From Octopus sinensis (taxonomy: Eukaryota), in contig NC_043013.1 of NCBI RefSeq assembly GCF_006345805.1, forward strand, positions 26,226,001-26,290,000: 64,000 nucleotides of DNA, read 5' to 3'. Position 1 is the first letter of the stretch. Every line of letters begins with the position of its first letter. Shown here piece after piece: positions 26,522 to 40,427 of this stretch. A model generated the notes under the pieces. The model was not told where the DNA came from and did no database searches. It saw only the letters and a program-made list of their open reading frames with translations. A program made the translations under genes and the position numbers.

Positions 26522-29500
26522 CATAGAAAAATACCTTAGGAATGAGAACCCAGGTTCGAAATTTCCTCAAGACACCTGATGAAGGCTGGAGGTTATATCA
26601 GCCGAAATGTGTTAACAACAAACAAGATGAGGACAAATATCTGTCAAATGTAAATAATGTACACCCACATAGTAATTAAGAATTTAGTTAAGAATATTGG
26701 TAGGAGAATTTCTGGCCTCTCCTCCAATATAAACATATTTAATAATGCTGCCCCTATATAAAAATGCCCTCAAAGCTAGTGGATTGAAAGAGGAAATAGT
26801 TTACACCCCTACCATTAGATCAGAAATAAAGAAAAGGAAACATAGACATAGGAAAATTATCTGGTTTACACCTCCTTACTCCCTTGAAGTGACATTCAAT
26901 ACTAGTAAATATTTCTTGTCACTTATAAACATTTTCCATACATTAGAAATATAGAAAACTCCTTAACAGGCATAACCTAAAAATAAGTTTTCGTTCCATC
27001 CCCAATTTTAAAAGCATAATCACACACAATACAACACAACACCACAAAGCCAGCTGTTCCTGCAGGTATAAAGATCTGTGCTCAAATGCATCAATAAATT
27101 AACATTGATATTTTTTCGCCATTGTCACAATCGTCTGAAATGGAACTGTCAAAGCGTGATATTCGAGCAATTTTGCTATTCAACTTCAAAAAAGAATGTA
27201 AAGCAGCTGAAAGTACTTGAGATAGCATTGAAATTTTTGGTGAGGATATTTGAGTTGTGGTTATTATTTTTGGTGCTTATTGGATTGCATCAAGCTGGAA
27301 ACATGGACATTTCCAAAATGACGTCAGATGTTGTTGTTGCTACTGAAACTCAGTTAAAAGAGCCAAGAGATCTGCTCCCGTTCTTGAAAGGCTACGAGAA
27401 ATCCATTTCTCCAGGTCGACCAGGGGGTAGGTGTGGGGTGTTGGTCCTACTTAAAAGAAATCGGGTTTCAGAGAAAAAGTTAATTTTTTCTGATCCAAAA
27501 GGTAAGCTGGTCGTTTTAGATCTGGCGTTCAGTTGTAGTAAAGAAATCAGGCTGGTTGCTGTTTATGCACCCAATTCGAGTCAGACTGATTATTAACAAC
27601 AAATGGTCGTACGCCCTCAAAAGAACCATTAAATTTGAGTCTATTAAATATAGTGCAGGTTTAGTGGCTAGAGGGCGTGGGAGGGAAATAGAATTAGTTA
27701 AGGTCCTAGAGGAAGCCATGAGAACTGGCGACGCATCTCAGAGCTAGACTTCGTGCAATGTGGAGTGAGGGAATCAAGGCCGCTGGATGAGCATGTGTTG
27801 TGGAGGCTCAACGTGGAAACGATTCCATAATTCGACCTTTGATGAATTCACAAGGTGAGTTGATAAACGAAGCCGAGATGTGTCGGGCTTTTAAGGAGCA
27901 CTTCGTCCAGCTTTTCGGGCTACCATGTCTCTCGGGGCAGGATGCGGAGAGTTGTGAAGGGTTGATCACACCTGAAGAGGTGATTGAGGCTATAGTGGAC
28001 TGCAGCAGTGGTAAGGCGCCGGGACTCGATGATCTACTGTACGAGCTATATAAAAGTATGCCAGATTTGTTTGGGCACGTACTGGCTAGCGTTTATGCAA
28101 ACTGGCAACAGAATGGGTGGATTCCCAGTTCTGTGCACCAGGGAGTTGTGACGCTGGCCAAGAAGGACCCAGACAAGGGGGATAGCATAGATAATTGTAG
28201 GCCCATCACTCTTCTAAACACAGAGATCAAGATCTTGGCCAAGGGGCTAGCAAAATGATTGACGCGTGTCGCGGATGGCCTGATCGAGGAGGTACAAACC
28301 TGTGCGGTCCCTGGCAGAACCATCCAGGATAATCTTCATTTTATACGCTACACTGTAGAAGGGTATGGTAATGATTCTGGCAAGGGTGGGACACTGGTCT
28401 ATTTAGACCAATCTAAAGCATTCAGTAAGGTAGACCATCGTTACCTGGTTTCTGTGCTGGCGCAGTTCGGACTAGGTCTTGGTTTCCGCCGGTGGATCAT
28501 ACAGTTGTACGACAACATCACCTCGATCGTTCAGGTGAACGACTTTTTCTCAAAGCCGTTCTGCATCAAGCGGTAGGTTCGCCAAGGGTGTCCACTCTCT
28601 CCGCTTTTGTACATAATGGCCCTCACGTCATTGCTGCAAAAGCTGAGTGGCATTCCAACGAATCAAGAGGTGGAGGATCGGTTACAGCGTACGCGGATGG
28701 CATCACTATCATCATGACTAAGATGGAACACCTACAGAAAGTAGGCGAAACCATCAAGGTTTATGAGACGGTGGCAGGAGCAAAAATTAACCGGGAAAAA
28801 TCGATCAGCTTACAACTCAACACCTGGAGAAGCAAGTCGATGCCTTCGAATAGCGTTGTGAGACGCTGGATGGAGGGCCCGGTTAAGTTGCTAGGAATCT
28901 GGTTTGGCCCAAATCTCCAGATAAAAAAAAAACTGGTTCAAGGTATCGGGCAAGGTGACCCACATAGTGAAGACCTGGTCTTGGTGGTGGCCATCCTTGA
29001 AGGGGAGGGCAGAGCTGGCCAATGTGTTTATCGCATCGGTCATCGTTTACTGTCTGACCGTCATTCCTTGTCCAGATTCATGATTGAGCAAGTTGGAGAG
29101 ACTAATATTCCACTTTTTGTGGAATAAGTCCACTCCACTTGTAAAACGTTCTATTTGCTGTCAAAAGCCGTTAAAGGGTGGGTTAGGGATGCTTTGGCTG
29201 TTGATGCGCAAACATGCGCTGAGGTTGAGGCACCTCTGGCCCTACCTGGATGGTGAACGGGTGTGGTCTCCGCTCGCTAGATGGATGTTCCCCAGCTTTA
29301 CTAGTTTTGGTGGTAGAGAAAACTGGTTTCATCGTAGATTGAGGTTGGATACCTGGTATACGGAATGCTGCAAGTCTCTTCTCCAGTTTCGCAACTTGGG
29401 CAACGCCAGCGGTTTCGGTACCAACGCAGCTTCCGATAGTAGGTTGGTAGAGATTGGAAATGATGATGCTCTGGGGAGGACCCTGGGTCTCAATGATAAT

Positions 29501-32500
29501 CAGTTAGACAGCCTGTTCCGAAGAACATTCGGGCCAAAGACACTGGATAGCTTCCAAAAGTCTATGAGAAAACAATTCTTACTTTCTTCCGTTAGGAAAT
29601 CCAGTGACTCAGATGATAGCTGTACTCTTCTTCCATCTGACAACAGGTGTTCTGCATAAGTCCACACTTCTGACACACCCGGACACTAGCGTGCAGGATG
29701 GTTTCCACATCCCGCCTGCATCTTGGACAGACCGACGGCCCAGGATGGGCGTGTCTGGTAAGTTTATCCCGAATGAGTAGAGCTCCTTTGTAACACTGCG
29801 AGAGAGGTGATATGAAAGTCGAGAATGAAAGGTAGTGTGACAGACAGCTTCGTCTCCAGCCTCGCACTGGTGAATATCTTCACATTTCACCTGAAAAGGA
29901 AGGTTGGGCTGGAAATTACCAGTGTGTGGTCAGCTCGAAAATGGTTTAAACGATTTTGCAGTGGCAACTTGAGACTTGAAGATCGTGAACTTAGTGGACA
30001 CCCATCTGTCATCGATGGTGGTCAATTAAAGACCATCATTGAGAAGATCTACATAAAACAACTCGAGAACTGGCAAAATAACTTCAAGTTAACCAGAAAA
30101 TTGCCTGAAACCATTTGCATGCAAACAGAAAATGAAAAAAGCTCGACAAATGGGTACCACACAATTTAAATAAAAAGCAGAAAATACGCAGGTATGAAAT
30201 TTGCTCATTGCTTCTTCTCCATAACCAGAGTTGGCTTCAGAGTTGAGGTAGTCCTTTGAGCTATTCAATGACCTAACCTTCCAGTAAGCAGACCTACTTA
30301 TTGATTGTTTATAAGAACCCGAGAAAAATCAGGTGAGAAAGTCAAACTAAGCAATTTCAAAGAATACTTTTACCCAACTGTTTTGATCACATTGTACAGA
30401 AAGAACACCATAGATCTGAAGATTTCTCATTTCATAAAATAATTTGCTATAAAATCATATATATGAAGTATACACTGAGAATCTCACTCTGTTTGTGCTC
30501 TGTCCATAGTCCTACAAGCAAACACTTGAGTGATCCACAGAAAACAAAGAAATAGGGGGCAGTAGGTGTAGTTGCTTATTCCAGATCCTTATTCAAATTC
30601 TATCATTAATTGTCTGTATTTCCCCAAAATTTTAATAAGCTGATCTTATTGGAGTTCTTTTCTTTGCTTGATTTTTATTATTTGTTAATTTATTATTTTT
30701 CATTTAGTTTTTAAGCTACTTTACCTTAATGAAGGATTTTTTCTCTACTGTTTGCATTTTTCTCTACTGTTTTATGAACTTTTTAAAATTCAATGCATTA
30801 GATATGTGAAACCTTTTCATATTTGTATTTAGTCAGTAGATCAATCCTCTGAAGTATTTTTCTTAGCCATATTTACAAACTATATTATACAACATCATAA
30901 AATATTAGATCACTGATCTAGTTAAAATATATCATTTCTAGCTATTAAGTCATCTCAGAAATCGAGAGAATGGAGGGAATACACACATAAAATCAAAAAA
31001 TTATTTTTTTTATTATTTACATAATTCACTTAAACTGAAAGACAACTTATTTCATGATTTTTCAAATATATTCAACCTGAGAACTTACCATCTTTTTTAT
31101 CATTACAAGCTTTGGCCCAAGATGTCTGTGAGATGAAAGCATATAGAGAATACGGATGAAGAAGGAAATCAAATTTAAATTGAGAACCACTCTAGTAGCA
31201 TCCATCATTTTCAAGAAGCGAAGAATGACTCCAAAAACGAACAAGCTGATGGTTATAACATCAACTATGTTCCAAAAGTCATTGATGTAATTGGTAAATC
31301 GTATCCAAAGTGACATAGAACTTCTTGTTAATAGCTGAAATAAAAGTAGAAAACAAGGTTAAAAAACACAGATGAGTACTTGTACACACATATGTGTATG
31401 TGTGTGCTTGTGTGTGTGTGTGTGTGTACACATATAGATATATATTGACAAGGATTAGCAGTGGAGATGTGGACACCAACAGGAGACTATAAGCTCCATC
31501 ACAATGAACTTCACAGTTAAACACTTTGCAACAAGGCCCAACCATCAGCCTATATCCCTAAACACCAGACAATGAAAATCTAGCCTCAGGAAGGAACGTA
31601 AGCTTCTCATGAAGCAGTATTATACAGCAGGGAAGTTTGAGAAAGCTGGACTAGCATATCATTGGACAGTCTTCGGGAAGAGGTTCTTAGTACTGATGAA
31701 AGCAGAGAGCTATAGAAGGACACAAAGAGAGAAGGTAAAGAAGGAAACTGCATTCCTGACTAACCCCCAACAAATTGACAAAGCAGCTCCCTAGAAGAAG
31801 ACTAATCAATTGATCTGTTCCAAGTACACCATTAATGAGCACCTTATAAATGTTTACAGCAACAGGGAGAGATCAATCACTAGGCTCATGCAAGGAAGTT
31901 ATACCTTCCCCAGAATCAACAATGGAATTCACTTGAGAAGTGTCTTGCCTGTGAAAGGAAATAAGCTTCAGCTCCAAGTGAAGTCCCATACAAGTTTTAC
32001 AAGAACTGTCCAAATTTATGTCATTGGCTTCAGGAGTTCCTGTAGGTGATTTGGAAGAGAGGAAAAGTTGCCCAATCATGGAGAAATTATAAAATGGTCA
32101 AAGAAAAAAGAGCTGAGAATATCGACCAATTTCTCATCTCCTTTCTCAACAAGGAGAGCAAGATTTTTTCCCTCATTGTTTTCAATAGACTCTCCAATTT
32201 TTTGTTTAGAAGAGGCAGGGTGGTATTAAGTGATTTCCTGGTTGCCTTGAACACATTGATGTGGTGACACAGTTCATCAAGGAGACACAACAGGAAAAAG
32301 ATGTTCTGTGGCTGGACCTGGTCAATGCCTATGGCTCAATACCACACAAGCTGGTTGAAGTGGCATTAGAAAGACATTATGTACCTCAGAAGGTAAAATA
32401 CCTTATCAGGGACTACAACAGCAAGGTCATATTGAGGGTTTCCAGATGCACAATCTATATTTGTCTTTGCATTGGCAATGAACATGCTAGTCAAGTCATC

Positions 32501-33354
32501 AGGAGGCCTGGAATTTCTTCAGCAAAACAGGAGTAAAGCAACAATCCATCAGCTGCATGGTTGATCTCACAGTGACAAAAATAATGCAGGGTTATAGTTG
32601 GATCCTCAGGGAACTAGAGAAGTACAAGGCATCAGAACTGATAAGTTTCAAAATAGCAAAGTCCTAGGACGTAGTTTTGAAGAAAGGAAAAGTCACCAAT
32701 GTGTTCTTCTCCAAGATAGAAGATCAGATTGTGTCTTTCACTGAAAAACCAATAAGAAGTCTTGAGATTATCTTCAATTGCAGTCTGAAGGACACTATCC
32801 AGCAACAGAGCTACCATGGCAAACCTGGAAAGCTGGTTGAGAGCCACAGGCGAGTTTGGATTACCATGAAAATTAAAGTAGAGAAAGAGTGAACAAATAG
32901 AGTAGTATTAACATGGAACAAGGTGTCTGGATGAAGTGGGGACAGGCAATCAAGCAGAAAATCTCCTAGACGGACATCTGAAACCAAAAACCACAAGGGA
33001 TCAAGTTCTTGATCCAGGCTTCTATGAAGTCCTCCCCAGAACTCCTTAATAAAATGGAATTCAGTGGAGACCCTGCATGGCCCCTGTGTCCTAGGACAGT
33101 GTCCTTCGAGCATATCTTAAGCAACTGCTCCAAGGTGCTGAGTGAAGGATGCTATTGCTGGAGACAGGATCATCTCCTCAAGACCATCACTGTGACAATC
33201 AGCATGGGGATCAGCAACAGTAGAATTGGAAAGATAATGAAATAGCTAGCTCAGTTTATTGTTCTTAAAAACCTCTGTGACATCAAAGCATGTAACTTTG
33301 AAACCAGAATATGAAGTAACATGAGATATAGATAAAGTTAATATATATATATAT

Positions 33355-33395
<41 letters not shown>

Positions 33396-36300
33396 CACAT
33401 CTCATCTGTAAATCTCACCATTTTCAAATTTTAATTAGACTGCTACCAGCAGACTATCCTTAACTATTAACTTCCCATGTTTTCTACCAAAAAATTCATC
33501 ATCCATTAATGACTAATTTGGATTTGATTAAATAATTTTGAGACAGTATTTACCTGGTGTATTTCTTCTGTAAATATTCCAATCACCCACACAAGAAGAA
33601 GCCATTCTAGATAAGACATCTGAGGTTTAAGTTCAACAAGTAACACATAGCTATAGATGACAAGGAAAATTACATAAAATATCTGAAATAGAAAAAGAAT
33701 TTGAAGAAAATTATATCTATTGTTACAAGTATTTAATGACAAATTCAAAGTTACATTTAAACAAAGAGACACATGAGAGAAGATTAAAACATGGAAACCC
33801 ATTTATATCTTCTGTCATGTATTCTTTTTACATCTGCCGGTTTTGCTGTGTAAACAATGAACTAAAAGGATGTAAGTAAAATTGATAAAATCTATGTTTT
33901 GCATATGTATGTATAAATATGGATGTCTGTGTGTATGTGCATGTGTAGGGGCACTTTTGCATGTATGTGTATGAGTATATATAGATGCTTGTGTATATTT
34001 ACATATGTGCATTCTCAAGTCTACGCATGTACAAGGATTAAAATTCTCAGGAAGGGTATAGTCATTTTAAATCAATACCAGCATTTGACTGGTATTTTAT
34101 TTTACTGATCTCAGAAGAATAAAAAGCAAATTCAAGTTTAGTGTGATTTGAACTCAAAAACAGAATTGTGATAAGGTTTTTTTGCCTGTTACTCTACTAA
34201 TTCTATCAATAAATATTAAACACAAATTAGCTTCTTTGAATATGCTAACTTTCTACTGATGTTTATTAACTAAAATATATTCCCAAAATATTAATCAGTT
34301 TTTAAGTATTGCCTGCTCCACCTAGTTTTTCTTTGTTTTATTTCAAATGTGATTTGCACAAGAATAAGGGCAGTAAAAGTGTGAAAGAAAAAAATCAGGA
34401 AGCCTGTGGTTGGGTCAAACCAAATAATGGATTACATTCATCATCTTTGTTTAGTAAAATTTGTTTTAAAAGAGTAATTCTTTTCTTCTCTCTTAAAATT
34501 AATTTTTAAGGAAAATTTACTCTGAAAGGGAAACATTTTAAATATTTGTGAGTAAGGTACATACCAAATTGTTCAAAAACTTTATGAAAGGAGTGCAATA
34601 GAATGTCACACATCTGCATAACACTTTGCTCAAAGATGATGGACATATTCTTGACTTCTGGTTTCTGGATTAGAATTGGAATAAATTACTTGAATAATTA
34701 GTCACAGAATTACATATTTTATGCTTAATTTTCAAAATATATAATATACAATTGAAATAGGAAAACCACTTGTAACAGTTTAGAATGTGACCAAAATTAT
34801 TCCTTTAGACATTTTCTTCCTTTTGCATCACTCACACAGCTACAACTCATTGCTTCAAGTTAGCTAAGTACAACTATACAGGTGATTGAAATCTAATTGG
34901 TTTGTGTATTTACCTGGTTGGTAGACAATCAAGTGGTTGAGTGGTCTCTTGTTACATCAAGAAAATATAGCCCCCTTAAGCATGAACAGCACTCAGTCAC
35001 AGCTCTCATAGTTACTCCAAATGTCAGGCTACACTATCATCAAGGATCTCTCCTGGCAAAAGCACATCTTTAACATAGCTGTGACTGCATCCCAAAGACA
35101 GATCCATCTTTACAGTGACAAAAATTTGAGCTGTCAACAACCATAAAATTCAAATGAGACCCACAATGTAGTATTGTTCCTACTTTTGAGGTACTGCTGC
35201 ACATACAAATATCATAGATTTCATCCAGGGAAAGACCACCCAACTGACTTATATTACAACTCTAATAAACACAATTCAGCATCTTGCCTACAGGTATGCT
35301 GCCTCATCTCTGTTCTTTCTATCTCTACTATAAGGGTCTCCATTCATTGGAATTAGCTAGTCTTATGATTTCTCCTTTAATACACTCATGACCCACTTGT
35401 CTTCCCTTTCATCACTTTTGTTGTGACCCAGGCCCCACACCAACCACTGAGCCTAAGTCTTCCTCTCCAGACAATCAATCCCTGGGGTCTCTTTCCTGCT
35501 CATGTTTTTCTTTCAGGTCTCAACTTGCAACAGTTTAAACAAAGCATTACTGTCATCAATTTTACCAGTCTTGGGAGGCTTGTAAATGCCATGGGCACTA
35601 CTCTTTCCTCCAAACCTAGCAAGTGTAAAACAAAGAGAGAAAAATATCTTAATATTGATCCAAAGAGGTTTTGAATGTCACATCATAATTCTTTAACAGT
35701 ATCTTTTAACCACCATAGAATAAGTCTTCCTGCAAGAAGCATATAAGTATTATGAGAGTTGAAAGTATTCTCTGAATAATACAAGGGCACATACACCAAC
35801 AAAGCATTAATTCTGTGCTTATCAACAGGAAATCAAGAATGCCTAAATGACAGAGATACAAATAATAAATAACCAGAGTAGTCTATTTTTAACCAACAAC
35901 AAAAATGTTATAGTATCTATAAAATATAGTGTGGTGGCCAATACACCATATAAGGCAATTCATAAATAGGACAGTCTTCAACATAGACAATGATGTGAAG
36001 GGCATATTCATACAAAATATGAAAAAATCTCAGTAGAATGCTGCTGATAAAACTTCTATACAAACATAATAAATTTAAAGTAACATTTCAATTCAAATCA
36101 CTAATCTCTGTTACATTAAAAACAATAGTTAAGAATAGGAATTAGAAGTGGTAAGTATAAAGAGGAATATGACTTACAATTTGTTATTTCTCCCATTATA
36201 GTCCTGTAAATATAAATAAAAGTATAACATGATATATATGATAGATCTGTTTTACTTTGTTTTATTGTCTACACGTTAAAATACATTTACAGTTAATATT

Positions 36301-38303
36301 ATCACTGTCATATCATCAGATTTCTGGTAATGTTATATCTGTGTTTAAGCTTTCATTGTAACTATAGACTTTGTATGATAAGAACTGAGTTTATTATTTT
36401 AAAACTGGAACATAAAGAGAATGTTGCAAGTGAGAGGTGTCAGCCATCTCATGTGATCAAACTGAAATGCTTGACAGGAGATTCAATTTTTCCTGTCAAT
36501 ATATCCAATGCAGAATAATATTCTAATAGTGTTCTGGTTACAGTGAATCTCCAGCAAAAGAGTTGCATATATTGCTTCTAGAAAATGAAACTTGAAACAT
36601 GGAAGGAATGGAGAAACTGGGTGTATCATAAATTCTTTGAAAACCTGAAAGTAAACAGTTAAGACAAAAAACAACCAGGTGGCATGCAGAAGAGAATTAG
36701 AACTGCAGAAGATGGTTGAGTTATAAAGTGATTAAAATAGTAGCATCGTATATAGTGACTGATTGGAAGAATGATGGGCATATGTGGTTTGTGACAAACT
36801 GATTTCAGTTTTAGCTACATCTAAAATTTGAGATTTAAAACTTTTTTCTTTATTCAAAGAATTTTGAAAATTTTTGGGCAGCTTCATTTGACAGGATGAG
36901 CAACCACAAAGAAGCCATCACTTTGGCTCATCAAGCATTAAATATTATTAGCTCTGTCATATCACTGGTACTGAACCTTTGGATTCATTTCTGTTACATT
37001 CAAAGAATATACCATCTGGTAATTCATTCCAAATCTTCTGTCAACTTCAATTAGGACACACAAAGTATAAAGAGAACTATTTTCTAAACCAAATTGTAGT
37101 CAGTCAGGCTGATAAAAGTAGCAACTAATCCTTCTCAAGTCACACCTTGCCATCATAGAAAAAAAGAATAGGCACATTGGATAATGTAGTCCTAGATATA
37201 CTGTCTGAATAAGACAGAACAGTCATGGCTGTAACATTAACAATAAGTCTGTTTAGTTAATGGACTGATTCACTATTATGCTCAACTAAAATAATGAAGA
37301 AGACTTTGAAAGTGAGAGATGGAAACTAGTTCAATGGAGAACATAAATTATCAGATTAAAAGATATAGACTAATTAATATCTATGTGTAATGGAAATCAC
37401 TTTTGAGTGCAATATGCAGCAATAGCTGTGTTAATAGACATTTAAAGGGAAAATTTAAAGGGGATTAAAACAGCTGATCATAACATGATGTTGAAATATA
37501 AACAGCATTGAAGTTGACTTCTAAAATTTCTAAAATGATTTAGAATTTCTAAAACTCTTTTGTTCATAGATTTCTAATGAATTAAGCATTTATGGTTGTT
37601 GTTACATTTCTAAGCCTATGCTTCTATGCTTTCTGTTAAACCTTCTCTTCTAAGATTATTGCATTATAAGCATTGAAAGTAGTCCATTTAGTTATTTGTG
37701 AATGTAAATTTCAGAGAAAAGAAACTAGTTTTAACTCTTGACAGCAAGGAATTTATAGCAGCTGGTAACTTGGATATCTCAATAACATAATTGATCATTC
37801 ATTAGAAGCTTTATAACAAAACATTTGATGTTCCTAATTTTAAATGTTGCAGTACTTCACTGGTTCCTACCATATTGGTGAATATGATAGGAATTTATGC
37901 TAAGTGGGATTGCAAAGATTTAAGTAAAATTCATTGTTGGCTAGGGTGAAAGAAAGAAGGGGAGAGAGGAGTGCAGAGAATTCCTGTTGCCTCTGAATTA
38001 TAGCTGACTATTTCGATAACAAGACCAATGATATTCTTAATAGAATTTTATGACACTACAACTACTACAATAATAATAATAGTTTCAAATTTTTCCACAG
38101 GGGCAGCCATTTTGGGGAGGGGATGAGTTGATTACATTGACCCCAGTTTTTCACTGGTACTTAATTTACCAATCCCAAAAGGATGAATGGCAAAGTCAAC
38201 CTCGATGGAATTTGAATTCAGAATGTAGTAACAGGTGAAATACTGCTAAGCATTTTGTCCAGCATGCTAACAATTCTGCCAGCCCACTACCTTAGTAGTA
38301 GTA

Positions 38304-38349
<46 letters not shown>

Positions 38350-40353
38350 TAATAATAACCACAACAACAACAATAATAATTCTGAGAATATCAGTAATCA
38401 TTAGTTATGACAGTAATAAAGAAATAAATATTACCTGTTTATCATCAAAGTTTATTAGAAATATAAACAATGGACAGAATGTACAAAGTAACAACTGAAA
38501 GAAGAATAAAGAAAATATAGGAAACTGTTATGGAGAAATATTCAAGTATACACAACATAAAAGCCAAATTTTTAGGGTAGTATAAATATACACAGAGTAG
38601 TGCAACAAGAAACTTAAATTAATGAAAATTAGTTACATGTTCAATTGTCCCCTGATTTACTCAAATTGCTCAGATTCCCTTTAGCATGGTTTTTTTGCTG
38701 ATTAAAAAGTACTTTCTTTCTAGATTACATTGGTGCATGTTTGGCCATAAGTACAGGCACGGCTGTGTAGTAAGATGTTTATTTCTCTACCACGTCGCTC
38801 CAGGTTCAGTCCCACTGTGTGGCACCTTGGAAAGTTGTCCTCTACTATAGCCTAATGGTTGACTAAAGCTTTGTAAGTGGATTTGATAGACAGAGACTAA
38901 AAGAGACTCATTGTATATACACATACATGACAGAAGTAAATAGACACCCATGTGTTATCTAATTTGAATAGGTTTGTATTTTTTATTAATTGACATTTTT
39001 ATGTTTCAGGTTCTATATGAATATGTTTAATCATAGCACATACAAAAGAAGCCTTGGAACAGTCTGGATTTCAAAGAGGCCATATTGTGGGACAATTTAA
39101 AGGTGAACTTAACATAAAATCACAAAAAACCTTGGGATCCCACTTTCTATAGTTAATAGAGTGATTGTGCAATTGACTAAAGAGGGGAAGGGGTCTTCAT
39201 CACCTCACCCAGGTCAACGAGGGCCCTCTGACAGTACAATTCGCTTTCTTAATAGAAGTGTGGAGGATAATCCTCTTGCAAGGCTCTGATATAGTAGTAC
39301 AAGTTGTCAGTCCCAGAACAGTTGTCAGGTTTCTCCATAAACTTGGCTATTACAGCAGAGTAGTAAGAAGAAAGTGACTTCTTTGACCAGCAAATATCAA
39401 GCAGAGAAAAGACTGGGCCAGTGGAGAGGCCACTAGCATTTTGGGACACTGTCATATTCTCTGATGAGTCAGATTTGCTGTATTTTCTGACAGTGATCTA
39501 ATGTAGGTTGGAGGCTCTGTGATCAAGAACATAACATGAAAAGATTGCAACCAACAAGGAAACATGGTGGCTATTCTGCGATGATTTGGGGAGCAATTTG
39601 GGGCAATGGTCGATCAGAGCTGGTGGAGTGTAAAGGAAATATAAATTCAGACAAATGTATCCGTATCCCAGAAAGGACTCCTTCTGATCTTCTTCAGTGG
39701 TGAAATGATTAAAGAATATTCTTTATTTATGGAAGAAGGGGCTCCTTGTCACATAGCTAAAAGGACCCATAGCCAAGGCAGTCACTAGATATGAACCCTA
39801 TTGGACCCTAAAGGACCCATAGCCAAGGCAGTCACAAGATATGAACCCTAGGGTATAATGGACAGGGCACTCTGTAAAAAGAACAAGAAAGTACCTTCAA
39901 AGCCAGACCTTTTGAGATTACTGCACAAAACTTGGCAAGAAATTCCTCAAGAGAATATTCATCATCTGATCATTAACATGCCTAATAGAGTCTTTGCACT
40001 GAAAAATGCAAAGAACATTGTTTACAAAAAATTAGATATTCACATTATAATAATTAATAAATAATTTAAATGTATAATTTTAGATTTAAATAAATTTTAA
40101 CGATTATAAGTCTATTTACTTCTGCCATGACTTGTTCTAAAATCTCTAAAAGAGATACATCTAACAGTTCTAAAAAACTCATGTTTGTTGCCATTTTAGC
40201 ATGGCTGTTCTATACAGAACAATGTTCCTCCAGGAAAATATCTTTTCCAACTGGTTACTTGACACACAACCTGTGTCTGATATATTGCAAACAAGGGAGT
40301 GAATCACTCCCCTCCAGTATGTCCTTTGATTAATATAAATTATAATTTTTCAG

Positions 40354-40427
<74 letters not shown>

